Source: Treponema sp. (lineage in GTDB: Bacteria > Spirochaetota > Spirochaetia > Treponematales > Breznakiellaceae). Taken from it: a DNA stretch of 64,000 bases. Shown one piece after another: positions 37,989 through 47,458 of the stretch (position 1 is its first letter; every line of letters starts with the position of its first letter). The notes beneath the pieces are model-generated. The model saw only the letters and a list, made by a program, of their open reading frames with translations, was not told the DNA's origin and searched no databases. The DNA is taken from NCBI GenBank assembly GCA_009788065.1, contig WQSF01000001.1, positions 6,414-70,413 on the forward strand, written 5' to 3'. Both the position numbers and the translations under genes were made by a program.

Positions 37989-39149
37989 ATGGAATGTACA
38001 TGGCTGTTAAAGCCTTCAGAACTTACTCTTAAAGGCGAAAACAGAAAAAGTTTTGAAGGCGCGCTTAAAATCAATATTCAAAGGCTTCTAGCTAAAGTTG
38101 ATAATAAAATTAAATATAAATTCACCGCAGGACGTTACTACATACAGGCGGCGCAGGAAAAATCTGACGAAATAGAAAATATTCTTTCGCATCTAATCGG
38201 AATATCAGGCTGGGCAAAAACTGTCACCTGCGAAAAAGACCCTGAAGCCGTCCTAGCCGCCTGTGTTGAAGAAGGAAAAAAACTTTTTAATAACGGAATA
38301 AAAACTTTTAAAATCGACGCGCGAAGAACAGATAAAAGTTTTCCGCTGACTTCCTACGAATTATGCTGTGAAGCAGGTAACGCGGTAACAAACGCTGTCA
38401 GCCGGTTAAAGGTTGATATTCACAATCCAGAGGATATTATAAGAATTGAAATCCGCGAGAAAGCTTTTGTATACTCAGGAGGAGAAAAAGGTAACGGAGG
38501 TCTTCCTGTAGGAACCGCAGGAAGAGGGATGCTGTTGCTTTCAGGCGGAATTGATTCCCCTGTCGCCGGTTTTTTAATGGCATCGCGCGGCATGAACATT
38601 GACGCGATTCATTTCCACGCATACCCGTACACATCTTTGGAAGCAAAACAAAAAGTAATCGAACTCTCGAAACTGACAGGCGCGTATTGCATGGGAATTC
38701 ACCTATATATATTGAATTTTACAAAAGCGCAGATGCGGATAAAAGAACGCGCTCCTCATCCGTGGACGACAATTCTCCTTCGCATGGCAATGATGGAAGC
38801 GGCGGAAAAAGCAGCCATAAAAACTAAATGCAAATGTCTCATAACAGGCGAAAGCCTCTCGCAGGTTGCGAGTCAGACTATAGAAAACCTTACCTGCACA
38901 CAAAACAGGATAAAACTTCCAATCCTTCGCCCTTTAATCGGCTTCAACAAAGAAGAAATTATAAAAAAAGCAAGACAAATCGGCACTTTTGAAACATCAA
39001 TACAGCCGTATCAGGATTGCTGTACGCTCTTCAGCCCCCCTCATCCTGTTTTGCACGGCAATGTAAACGAGGCAAACGAGTTATACGAACAACTGGAATT
39101 GCGGGATTTGATTGATGAAGCGCTGAGTGATTATGAGCTGGTGAAATAA
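37989..39149 (+). CDS. thiI: tRNA 4-thiouridine synthase ThiI (no rhodanese domain)
   Basis: ELTLKGENR, THUMP domain, LLSGGIDSPVA, TGESLSQVASQT, DCC. Confidence 0.94.
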   Translation: MECTWLLKPSELTLKGENRKSFEGALKINIQRLLAKVDNKIKYKFTAGRYYIQAAQEKSDEIENILSHLIGISGWAKTVTCEKDPEAVLAACVEEGKKLFNNGIKTFKIDARRTDKSFPLTSYELCCEAGNAVTNAVSRLKVDIHNPEDIIRIEIREKAFVYSGGEKGNGGLPVGTAGRGMLLLSGGIDSPVAGFLMASRGMNIDAIHFHAYPYTSLEAKQKVIELSKLTGAYCMGIHLYILNFTKAQMRIKERAPHPWTTILLRMAMMEAAEKAAIKTKCKCLITGESLSQVASQTIENLTCTQNRIKLPILRPLIGFNKEEIIKKARQIGTFETSIQPYQDCCTLFSPPHPVLHGNVNEANELYEQLELRDLIDEALSDYELVK

Positions 39150-39170
39150 AAGGTGACTGTCATCTTTTTT
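39148..39170. terminator. Probable bidirectional intrinsic terminator
   Basis: aaaaggtgac-t-gtcatctttttt hairpin with A/T tails between convergent genes. Confidence 0.55.
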
Positions 39171-41218
39171 TATTCCAACGGCGCGAAATACCCTGTGTTG
39201 TCTCTTCCCGATCTTTCCAACAAATACACTTCCGCTTCGACTGGAAGCCATGCACGTCCGAAATCTGTGGGAAGGCGGGAGTCGTAGGTAAAACTGTAAA
39301 GGCCTGATGGATTGTCCGCGATGCTTTTGATAAGCTCGCCGATTCCGCGGGGACGGTAAAGATGAAAAAAGCGGCCGCCTGTTTCTCTGCACAGGTAATC
39401 GATTCCGGCTGAGACCTGCCCTCCGCCTAGTATTACCGCGTTAAATACAATTCCGTTATTTGCAAGATAACATGCCATCTCTGAAAGGCTGTACTGCTCA
39501 AACGCAAGCTCGCCAAGACTTCCTGAGCCTACAAATACAACTGATTTTTTTGGTTCGGCGGTTAGAAGGTCTGTGGCGGCAAGGCGCAGTCCTAAGTCGA
39601 AACGCCAGCGCGACGTGTTATCTCCGCCTCCCCTAACGGCGTTTTCAAGCGAATTGGCGTGGTTTTCTCTGCGGGGCTGCGCGGCGGCAGAGATTACAGA
39701 TACCACTTTTGAATTACCCATTTCCTGTAAAGCGCGGTTAATGTCTCTGCTTGCGGCGGTTAAATCGTCGCGTAACCTTGATGTTTCGTCCGAGCGTTCA
39801 ACAAGAATGGAAATGTCCGCGCCCTGATAACGGTATCCGGGAGTGTAAAGAACCTGATTCTCAACAGGCACACCGCTTTCTGTTAAAAGAAAATTGTTAT
39901 TATCAAGACCGACAATGGGGCGCCTAAGTCTGTCTTCAACCGTCAACTGTACGATAACGCGGGGGAAATTGTCAGCGTTTACGTTTCGAATCTGCACAAA
40001 AAAACCGGAAGCAAGATCGTCAAAGCGGGTCATTATATGCACCTCGCTCGCGTTGAAATTAGCCGCGGTTATATTACCGTTTCTGTCAATTTCCGCGTTT
40101 GTTATGCGCGCATTCTGTCCTCCGGCAAGACCGAGTTCGCGGACAATCGCGGAATTAGGATCGATCTGTATAATTCTGTTGCCGTCCGCGGCAAGTATTG
40201 TGCCGTCTGAAATAAACCTGAGGCTTTCAGGGCTTACAAGTCCCTGCGCAGCAAGCCTGCCAAGATAATTGCCGTTAGGATCAAAATAATAAACCGCTTT
40301 CGCGGCGTTATCTGCTATGTAAATTCTGCCGTTACCTGCCGCAATTCCCGTGGGAGAAAGCAGACCGGGGAAAATCGCGCTCCTGAGTCCGAAAGAAATT
40401 ATAAAAACGCCGTCAGGATCAAATTTGGAAATGCGTCTGTTGCCGTAATCGACAACGTACAGATAACCGTCTTCGTCGATTGTAAGATGCTGAGGTCCGA
40501 CAAACTGCCCCTGCCCAAGACCTTTGGAACCTGCATAGGCAAGCCAGTCTCCGTTTGCGTTTAAAATACTTACTCTTCCGCCGCGGTATTCCGATACATA
40601 CATTCTTCCGTCAAGCCCGCGAACAATATCGTAAGGACGATCAAAACCGTTGAGAGGACCGCGTTTTCGTTCTCTAATAATTCCGTTTACGTCGATCTTT
40701 ACAACTTCGTTACTGCCGTACGCTACGACCCATAAAGAGCCGTCGCTGTTAGGTAAAATGGAAGTGGGCTGCCGGTAAAGGAGAATTTCATCCATTTTAC
40801 CGGGGAAACGTCCAGAACCTACATAACGAACGCCGTCATTTGCGATCGGCATTAAAAAACGTCTGTTGGTGATTGTTTCAATTCTGGAGCCGATCAACAT
40901 TCCAACGCCTGTGTTTCTGCCGTAAATATCCAGAGCAGCACGCCACTGCCTTATTGCCGTTTCCTCAAAGCCTGAGCGGTAGTATGCTCTTCCAAGCCAG
41001 TCAAGGATTAAAGGCTCTCCGGGACGGAAAGAAAGAGCGCGTTCAAAAGACAAGATCGCTTCGTTATATGAAAATCTGTTAAAAGCATGCACTCCGAATC
41101 GGAATTCTTCCGCGGCGGCAAGAGCGGAAGGACTCGCAACGCCTTCGGTATCATTTTGCGCGTAAAGGTTTATTGAGATAAAGAGAAAGAAAATTATCGG
41201 CAATTTATATAATTTCAA
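39170..41218 (-). CDS. Exported TPR + NHL beta-propeller + VWA-like protein
   Basis: Signal peptide, TPR (LGRAYYRSG), NHL repeats (GQFVGPQHLTIDEDGYLYVVDYGNRRISKFD), C-terminal alpha/beta domain. Confidence 0.8.
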   Translation of the reverse strand: MKLYKLPIIFFLFISINLYAQNDTEGVASPSALAAAEEFRFGVHAFNRFSYNEAILSFERALSFRPGEPLILDWLGRAYYRSGFEETAIRQWRAALDIYGRNTGVGMLIGSRIETITNRRFLMPIANDGVRYVGSGRFPGKMDEILLYRQPTSILPNSDGSLWVVAYGSNEVVKIDVNGIIRERKRGPLNGFDRPYDIVRGLDGRMYVSEYRGGRVSILNANGDWLAYAGSKGLGQGQFVGPQHLTIDEDGYLYVVDYGNRRISKFDPDGVFIISFGLRSAIFPGLLSPTGIAAGNGRIYIADNAAKAVYYFDPNGNYLGRLAAQGLVSPESLRFISDGTILAADGNRIIQIDPNSAIVRELGLAGGQNARITNAEIDRNGNITAANFNASEVHIMTRFDDLASGFFVQIRNVNADNFPRVIVQLTVEDRLRRPIVGLDNNNFLLTESGVPVENQVLYTPGYRYQGADISILVERSDETSRLRDDLTAASRDINRALQEMGNSKVVSVISAAAQPRRENHANSLENAVRGGGDNTSRWRFDLGLRLAATDLLTAEPKKSVVFVGSGSLGELAFEQYSLSEMACYLANNGIVFNAVILGGGQVSAGIDYLCRETGGRFFHLYRPRGIGELIKSIADNPSGLYSFTYDSRLPTDFGRAWLPVEAEVYLLERSGRDNTGYFAPLE

Positions 41219-41970
41219 TTCCTCTCCCCCGATACAATTTTAAAATGTCTTTTTATTTCTTCTTCGTTAGGAGCGATATCAAGCGCTCTTCTTAACCATG
41301 TACGCGCTTCCACCACTTCGCCGCTTTTGTAATAAGCCCAGCCCAAAGAATCCAGATAAGCCGCGCTGTGAGGTTTATTGTCCACCGCTCTTCTGCAAAG
41401 GCGAAGAGCGCGCATTATATCCATTCCGGTATCTGCAAGAATGAAACCCATGCTGTTCATTGCTGTCGCGTTTTCTGAATCTATTTCCAGAGTTTTCTCA
41501 TAAAGTTCTATTGACTTTTTATGCTGTTTCTGCGACCACGCGGCATAGGCGAGCGTATTGTAAAGAAGCGGAGATTCAAGACCGCTTGACTGCAGCCGTT
41601 TTAATTCGTACTCTGCCATTTTAATACGTTTTGTTATAACATAAATATAAGCGAGCATCATTCTGCACTGGTAAACGCGAAGGACATCCTGCTGCGCTGT
41701 CACAACCTGTTCAAGGAACGAAAGAGCTTCTTCGTAATGTTTGAGTTTCGTGTAACAAAGTCCAAGGTAATATGCAAGTTCTGTTTTTTCTTCTAAGCTG
41801 AAATCCGTTGTATCTGTAGATTTAAATTCATTCAGAGCTTCTTCCCAGCTTCTCTGCTTGTAAAGACGAATACCTCCCTGTATCTTCTGATCCAGGCGCA
41901 ATTCGGCTTTTTCTCCGCCTTTTTCAGACGTCTCTCCAATTCCGCGGACAGCCATTACAGTTCCCCCCAT
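41215..41970 (-). CDS. Tetratricopeptide repeat protein
   Basis: AYYLGLCY, AMNSMGFILAD, AYLDSLGWAYYKSG. Confidence 0.85.
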   Translation of the reverse strand: MGGTVMAVRGIGETSEKGGEKAELRLDQKIQGGIRLYKQRSWEEALNEFKSTDTTDFSLEEKTELAYYLGLCYTKLKHYEEALSFLEQVVTAQQDVLRVYQCRMMLAYIYVITKRIKMAEYELKRLQSSGLESPLLYNTLAYAAWSQKQHKKSIELYEKTLEIDSENATAMNSMGFILADTGMDIMRALRLCRRAVDNKPHSAAYLDSLGWAYYKSGEVVEARTWLRRALDIAPNEEEIKRHFKIVSGERN

Positions 41971-42728
41971 TATCCGGCCGCAATTGCGGGCTGTGACATT
42001 ACAACGCTAAACGCCGCGTTGCCTTTAAGCACTTCAGCCCAATCAGATCCTTCCTCCGGTATATTCTCAACTTTCCCGTGTTTGGCAAAACAATACCTGC
42101 CTCCCTCCGGAGATGTGTATGTAACAATTCTATCATTATAATAACGCATAGACAGAAAAGAAGGAACAAGCGCGGAAGGTTTTTTTTCGATATTTGGAAA
42201 ATTAACATTCACAAAAGCGCCTGTCTTCCAGTAACCCATAAGGAGAATCAGTTTCTCAGAAATATACGAGACAGCCGATTCCCACTGCCATGGCAGATTG
42301 TTATCAACCAAAGACAGCGCGACGGAGGGAATGCCGAAAAAACTGCCCTGCCTTGCGGCTGAAGCGGTTCCCGAATAGATAATATCCGTGCCTAAATTCG
42401 CTCCCGCGTTGATTCCTGAAAGAACTAAATCGGGGGCTCTCTCCATGTTTAAGGCGCTGGTTTCTGTCGAGATGCAGATTTCTGGAATACCGCCTAAAAG
42501 AGCGGTTATCACGCAGTCAACAGGGGTTCCCGAACATGTCCACGTGTCCTCTTCAATTTCCGATAATTTTAAAGGGATATTCAAAAATTCGATGGAATGG
42601 GAACAGCCTGAACGGTTAGTATCAGGCGCGACCAGAAAAACACGGTGCCCCGAAGAACGAAGAATTTTTGCAAGTTGTTTTATTCCGGGTGATGCGATTC
42701 CGTCGTCATTTGTCAGCAGTATTCGCAT
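41970..42728 (-). CDS. surE: 5'/3'-nucleotidase SurE
   Basis: MRILLTNDDG, SGCSHS, GTPVDCV, SGINAGANLG, YSGT. Confidence 0.95.
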   Translation of the reverse strand: MRILLTNDDGIASPGIKQLAKILRSSGHRVFLVAPDTNRSGCSHSIEFLNIPLKLSEIEEDTWTCSGTPVDCVITALLGGIPEICISTETSALNMERAPDLVLSGINAGANLGTDIIYSGTASAARQGSFFGIPSVALSLVDNNLPWQWESAVSYISEKLILLMGYWKTGAFVNVNFPNIEKKPSALVPSFLSMRYYNDRIVTYTSPEGGRYCFAKHGKVENIPEEGSDWAEVLKGNAAFSVVMSQPAIAAG

Positions 42729-43989
42729 ATGCCCTCTTGCGCGCCGGACGTGAAGCGCTAGTGCCTGTGCTAACGCTGTTCTGTCCCCGAACACTAGGCT
42801 CGCATGTTGTCGTTTCCGGGATTACCCTGGCTCTTGTCGCCAATTTCACTTCGTAGATCGCGGGCCTGAATCCGAAAATTCTTTCATATTCTTCAAGTCG
42901 TTTTTTATATTCTTCTACGAGTTCCTTGCGGATAATAGTGTACGTGCATCCGCCGAAACCGATGCCTGTCATTCTTGAACCTGCGGCTCCTTCGATTTCC
43001 TGCGCCCGTTTTACAAGCCAGTCGATTTCAGGACAGCTTATTTCATAAAGATCCCTAAGGCTTTCGTGAGAGTGATATATTATTTTGGCAAGCGAATGAA
43101 GATCGGCGCGTTCCAGAGCGTCAGACGCGTCATCTACCCTGCCAATCTCCTGAACAATGTGCATGCATCTTCGCCTGATCTGTTCGGGGAAATGACCCAT
43201 CACTTCCAGAAGATCGGTTGAAGCGTAATCTATAAATTCCGCGCCGTCGCTTTTTTGAGAAAGAAGCTCCAATCCCTTTAAAATATCGGTTCTTCTGGAA
43301 GAAATTTCGCCTTCCGCGCCCATTCTCGGAACCCGCGAATCGACCAGTAAGAACCTGAAATTTGAAAACGGCGATTTAATCATTCTTACTTCGGTTTCGG
43401 AAGAATCAACGGCAAGAATCTGATCCTTGCGCGTCAAAAGGCATACCAAATAATCCACAAGAGAGACTGTTCCTCCGAAAATCGCTTCATGAGCTTCTTT
43501 TAATTTTAACGCAAATTCCATGTCGCCAAGCTGGACATGAAGAAGGCTCTTAAGCGCCGTCGCCGCCGCAATTTCGATTGCGGTAGAGGAAGCAAGCCCT
43601 ATATGCTGAGGTATATCGCCGCAGAAGGAAAAATTAAGTCCTTTCATGGGGTAACCCATTTCACAGAAAAGGTGAATCGCTGGTTTAAGGTAGTTTGCCC
43701 ATCTGTCCTCACGTTTGTATTTTAAATTGATAAGTGTGCTTCTTTTTCGCTCGTTTAAATCCGCGGCGTAAAAGCGGAACGAATTGTCTTTGCGCTGGCT
43801 TACAGCCACATTAACAAAACGGTCTATCGCCGCCGAAAGGAAGAAATCGTGGTCCGTTTCTTTCACAAGACTTGGGGCGGAAGCGCCTAAAAAGTGCACC
43901 CTTCCCGGCGCCTCAGCGACTATAACGGATACTGATCGGTCGTTTTCAAGCTCATATTCTCTTCGGTGTAATTGACCGATGTTTAACAT
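42706..43989 (-). CDS. Galactokinase-like GHMP kinase (divergent)
   Basis: APGRV, WANY, GLASS, SHESLRDLYEISCPEID, GSRMTGIGFGGC; SD GAGG before ATG 43989. Confidence 0.82.
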   Translation of the reverse strand: MLNIGQLHRREYELENDRSVSVIVAEAPGRVHFLGASAPSLVKETDHDFFLSAAIDRFVNVAVSQRKDNSFRFYAADLNERKRSTLINLKYKREDRWANYLKPAIHLFCEMGYPMKGLNFSFCGDIPQHIGLASSTAIEIAAATALKSLLHVQLGDMEFALKLKEAHEAIFGGTVSLVDYLVCLLTRKDQILAVDSSETEVRMIKSPFSNFRFLLVDSRVPRMGAEGEISSRRTDILKGLELLSQKSDGAEFIDYASTDLLEVMGHFPEQIRRRCMHIVQEIGRVDDASDALERADLHSLAKIIYHSHESLRDLYEISCPEIDWLVKRAQEIEGAAGSRMTGIGFGGCTYTIIRKELVEEYKKRLEEYERIFGFRPAIYEVKLATRARVIPETTTCEPSVRGQNSVSTGTSASRPARKRAYANTADK

Positions 43990-44017
43990 TAAAAACCTCG
44001 CTTTTTGATTAAAAGAC

Positions 44018-44066
44018 ATCCATATGGATCCACCCGAATTGTATCAGGATGTAAAAATTATATCAA
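44018..44066 (-). promoter_or_regulatory. Sigma70 promoter and palindromic operator candidate for the galK-like/surE operon
   Basis: TTGATA(44066-61)-17 nt-TACAAT(44043-38); perfect palindrome atccatatggat at 44018-44029. Confidence 0.6.
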
Positions 44067-44073
44067 TGGTGGA

Positions 44074-44913
44074 TTATTTGAATTTATGTTGATTTTTTGG
44101 AAATATGGAAATAATTATTAACGCTATAAATGCGCAGATATAGGGGAATGCCAGTATAAAATCCGCCGAAATATTGAAAAATCCCTGGGCATGGTTGGAA
44201 AAACTTTCCGCAAGGGCGAATATAAAAGCCGCGGCAAGGATACCGAGAGGTTTTCGCAATCCAAGGAAAATTATCGCAAGCGCAATCCATCCCTTTCCTG
44301 CCGACATTCCGGGAACAAACGCGCCAAGATTCAAGCTTAAAAATGATCCGCCGATTCCGCAGAAAAAACCCGAAATTATAAGCGCAGATACCTGATAGAA
44401 TCCGGGTTTTATTCCAAGCGAAACAAGAGAATCGCTGTTTTTTTCGCAGGCGCGAAGGCGGTAGCCGTATGGTGTTTTATAAAGAATAATTGTATAAATC
44501 ACAAGCAATGAAAGCCCAAAAATCAAATACGATGTTAACAATCCCGAAATACCTGTTGAAACCACCACTCCCCTTGTTTTAAATATTTTATCGGAAAGAA
44601 CAATGCATAAACCGCCGGATAATAAATTTATCGCAAGCCCTGATATAAACAAATTCGCCTTGAGTTTAAATACGGCAAACGCATGGAGCGCAGAAAGAGA
44701 CATTGATGTGATAATTGCACATAATATCGCAGAAAATGCATTTCCTGTAAAATAGTAAACAACCAGAGATGAAAACGCGCCTGCAAGAAGCAGTCCTTCA
44801 AGAGCAATATTTAGAATTCCTGCAAGCGCCGGAAACAATCCTCCCGCCGCGGCAAAAAAAACAGGTATCATTATCGAAAGAGCGCTTTTAAAAATAGGGA
44901 TAATAAATTCCAT
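44074..44913 (-). CDS. ABC transporter permease (nucleoside/BMP type)
   Basis: GILNIALEG, TPYGYRLRA, GKGWIALA. Confidence 0.9.
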   Translation of the reverse strand: MEFIIPIFKSALSIMIPVFFAAAGGLFPALAGILNIALEGLLLAGAFSSLVVYYFTGNAFSAILCAIITSMSLSALHAFAVFKLKANLFISGLAINLLSGGLCIVLSDKIFKTRGVVVSTGISGLLTSYLIFGLSLLVIYTIILYKTPYGYRLRACEKNSDSLVSLGIKPGFYQVSALIISGFFCGIGGSFLSLNLGAFVPGMSAGKGWIALAIIFLGLRKPLGILAAAFIFALAESFSNHAQGFFNISADFILAFPYICAFIALIIISIFPKNQHKFK

Positions 44914-44914
44914 C

Positions 44915-45940
44915 TTACCCCTTCCTCTTGTTGAAACTTATATTTTTTATAAGAGAACTTGCGGACAGCATAAAAATAACAGCTTCCACTATTATTGCAA
45001 TTTCATATGTAAGCCCTGTATTCTGCATTGCAGCTCTTGCTCCCGAATTAATCCACGCTAAAAATATTGCGCAGGGTATTACAGAGACAGGAGAAAAACC
45101 CGCGATTAAAGCAACTGTTAACCCGCTCCAGCCAAGCCCTGCCGAGAATTCTTTTATAGCCGCGTGATACGTTCCCAAAACAGCGATACTTCCTGCAAGC
45201 CCGTATAATGTTCCGCTCATCGCCATAGAAACCACTGTATTTAACTTTGTATTAATTCCTCCATAACGCGCAAATAATTCATTCATTCCTGTAATTCTAA
45301 ACTCATATCCCATTTTTGATTTATTTAAAAACAAATGGATAACAGGAACAAAAACCAGCGCGATTAAAAAACCGGCGTTTAATTTTGATTGTTTTAATAA
45401 AAGCGGAAGCCTCATGCTTTCCGTAATTTTTGCGGTTGACAATAACGATGTCTGCGAATCCATAAAAGGACCTGTTATAAGATAATTAATAATTGGAATT
45501 ATCGCACATGAAAGCAGGAATGTTGTTATTAGTTCATTAGTATTCCATTTTGCTTTACAAAATCCGCAAAACGCGCAAAGAATACCTACGCAAAGCGAGC
45601 CTGCAATTACAGCGATAACCGCTCCTATGGCGCCAAGCGGTGAAAGAGCCAGCGCAATAATAGTTGTCAAAAACGCGCCGAAATAAACCTGCCCTTCTCC
45701 TCCAAGATTCAAATTGCCTGCTTTCATTGCTATTGTTACAGCCAAGCCGCCTAAAATCAGAGGAGTAACATAATTCAGCATATTACCTAAACTGAACAGG
45801 CTTAAAAAAGGTCCGATAAAAAAGAAAAATAATGTTTTTGCAGGCGTATCGCTCAGCAAAAGTACAAGAAACACTATCAAAAGCAGGGAAACCGCGAAAA
45901 TAATAATTATGTTTAATTTATTTTCTAAATGTAATTTCAT
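44915..45940 (-). CDS. ABC transporter permease (nucleoside/BMP type)
   Basis: NLGGEGQ, NELITTFLL, GLGWSGLTVALIA. Confidence 0.9.
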   Translation of the reverse strand: MKLHLENKLNIIIIFAVSLLLIVFLVLLLSDTPAKTLFFFFIGPFLSLFSLGNMLNYVTPLILGGLAVTIAMKAGNLNLGGEGQVYFGAFLTTIIALALSPLGAIGAVIAVIAGSLCVGILCAFCGFCKAKWNTNELITTFLLSCAIIPIINYLITGPFMDSQTSLLSTAKITESMRLPLLLKQSKLNAGFLIALVFVPVIHLFLNKSKMGYEFRITGMNELFARYGGINTKLNTVVSMAMSGTLYGLAGSIAVLGTYHAAIKEFSAGLGWSGLTVALIAGFSPVSVIPCAIFLAWINSGARAAMQNTGLTYEIAIIVEAVIFMLSASSLIKNISFNKRKG

Positions 45941-47442
45941 TATTTATTATTTATTCCTTTTTCCGTTTTCTCAGTCATGTGAAATCGGGTTCCCTGCATA
46001 GAATTTCCTATATGTTCTTTAATTGCCTCTCCGTTATTTGCATATTCTCCGGCGATTTTTCCCCTGTACATTACAATTATTCTGTCCGAAAGCGCCAAAA
46101 TTTCATCAAGATTGGTAGAAATTAATATAATTGCGGCGGCTTTTTTTCGAAGCGCGTCTATTTCCTTTATTATAAATTGACTCGAAGCAATATCAAGCCC
46201 CCATGCCGGTTCCGAGAAAACAATATAATCTTTTAAACAATTTATTTCTCTTGCAAGAATCAATTTCTGTAAGTTTCCCCCCGAAAGAGACGACGCTTTT
46301 TCTTTTATTCCAGGTATATCAATATTATATTTGGAAAGTAATAATTCCAACGAATTCATATTTTTATATTCATTACGATCAATTATTATCATATTTTCTT
46401 CTATTGTCGCCTCCTGAGCGCTTCCGATTTTTGTCCTGTCCGCCGGAACATACGCAAGTCCATTTTTACGAAGTTCGCGCTGGCTGAAACGTGAAATATC
46501 TTTTCCATTGTGAAGTATTTTACCTGAAGCCGGATGAAGAAAACCTCCAAGAACAGCTTCGACTACGCCAAGCCCGTTTCCTCCGACTCCGGCAAATCCG
46601 AGTATTTCGCCTTTATTAACAGAAAAGGAAACATTGTCCAGTAACGGCCGCTTCTGCGCCTTCCTTCGGACAGTAACATTCTCAAAAGCTATTACTGGAA
46701 TATTATCTTTATTTTTACTTTCATTTTTCTCCAGTATTTCAAACTCAGGTTTGTCATTTCCAATCATCATACGCGCAATTTCATTAACATCCGTGTTTTT
46801 AATGTCGCGGACACCCGCCAATTCGCCTTTTCTGAGAACCGCCACACGATCGCTTATTCGTATAATCTCATTGATTTTATGCGTAATCAGAATAATTGAT
46901 TTTCCGTTTAAAACAAGGGTTTTTAATGTTTTAAAAAGCGAATTAATTTCATGTTCCGTCAATATTGATGTTGGCTCATCAAGAACAATTACATCCGCGT
47001 TACGATGAAGAACACGGCAGATTTCAACCTGCTGCATCTGACCCAATGTTAATTCTTTAACAGGATTATCAGGCTTAATGGAAAAATCGAGATCATTGAT
47101 TATTTTACCGGAAATTTCCCGTGCTTTTTTAGAATCAAAAAATATACCCCATTTTAACGGTTCAACTCCCATCACGATATTTTCAGATGCAGTGTATTCG
47201 GGAAAAAGCATAAAATGCTGATGAACCATGCCTATTTGAACATTATTTTTAATAATTACAGTTCCGCTGTACTGCTTTTCATATCCGCAGAGGATTTTCA
47301 TTAATGTTGTCTTTCCGGCGCCGTTTTCACCAGCAATACAAAGAATCTCTCCTTTACGCAGTTCCAATGTTATATTGTCATTCGCTTTTTTTATTTTACC
47401 GGGATATTGTTTTGTTATATTCCTTAACTCAATTATATTCAT
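45940..47442 (-). CDS. Sugar/nucleoside ABC transporter ATP-binding protein (tandem ABC)
   Basis: GENGAGKTT, GMVHQHF, DEPT, LSGGNLQK. Confidence 0.93.
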   Translation of the reverse strand: MNIIELRNITKQYPGKIKKANDNITLELRKGEILCIAGENGAGKTTLMKILCGYEKQYSGTVIIKNNVQIGMVHQHFMLFPEYTASENIVMGVEPLKWGIFFDSKKAREISGKIINDLDFSIKPDNPVKELTLGQMQQVEICRVLHRNADVIVLDEPTSILTEHEINSLFKTLKTLVLNGKSIILITHKINEIIRISDRVAVLRKGELAGVRDIKNTDVNEIARMMIGNDKPEFEILEKNESKNKDNIPVIAFENVTVRRKAQKRPLLDNVSFSVNKGEILGFAGVGGNGLGVVEAVLGGFLHPASGKILHNGKDISRFSQRELRKNGLAYVPADRTKIGSAQEATIEENMIIIDRNEYKNMNSLELLLSKYNIDIPGIKEKASSLSGGNLQKLILAREINCLKDYIVFSEPAWGLDIASSQFIIKEIDALRKKAAAIILISTNLDEILALSDRIIVMYRGKIAGEYANNGEAIKEHIGNSMQGTRFHMTEKTEKGINNK

Positions 47443-47458
47443 TTTTTTGACGCTGAGG

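Noticed and set aside
42729-42794. N-terminal extension of SurE in the ORF track
   Set aside because: SurE begins at MRILLTNDDG (42728) with an AAGAGGG SD; the extension is the palindromic insert read in another frame.
10880-47450. A/T homopolymers of 8-9 nt as phase-variation tracts
   Set aside because: Expected at this AT content; all host ORFs are intact.
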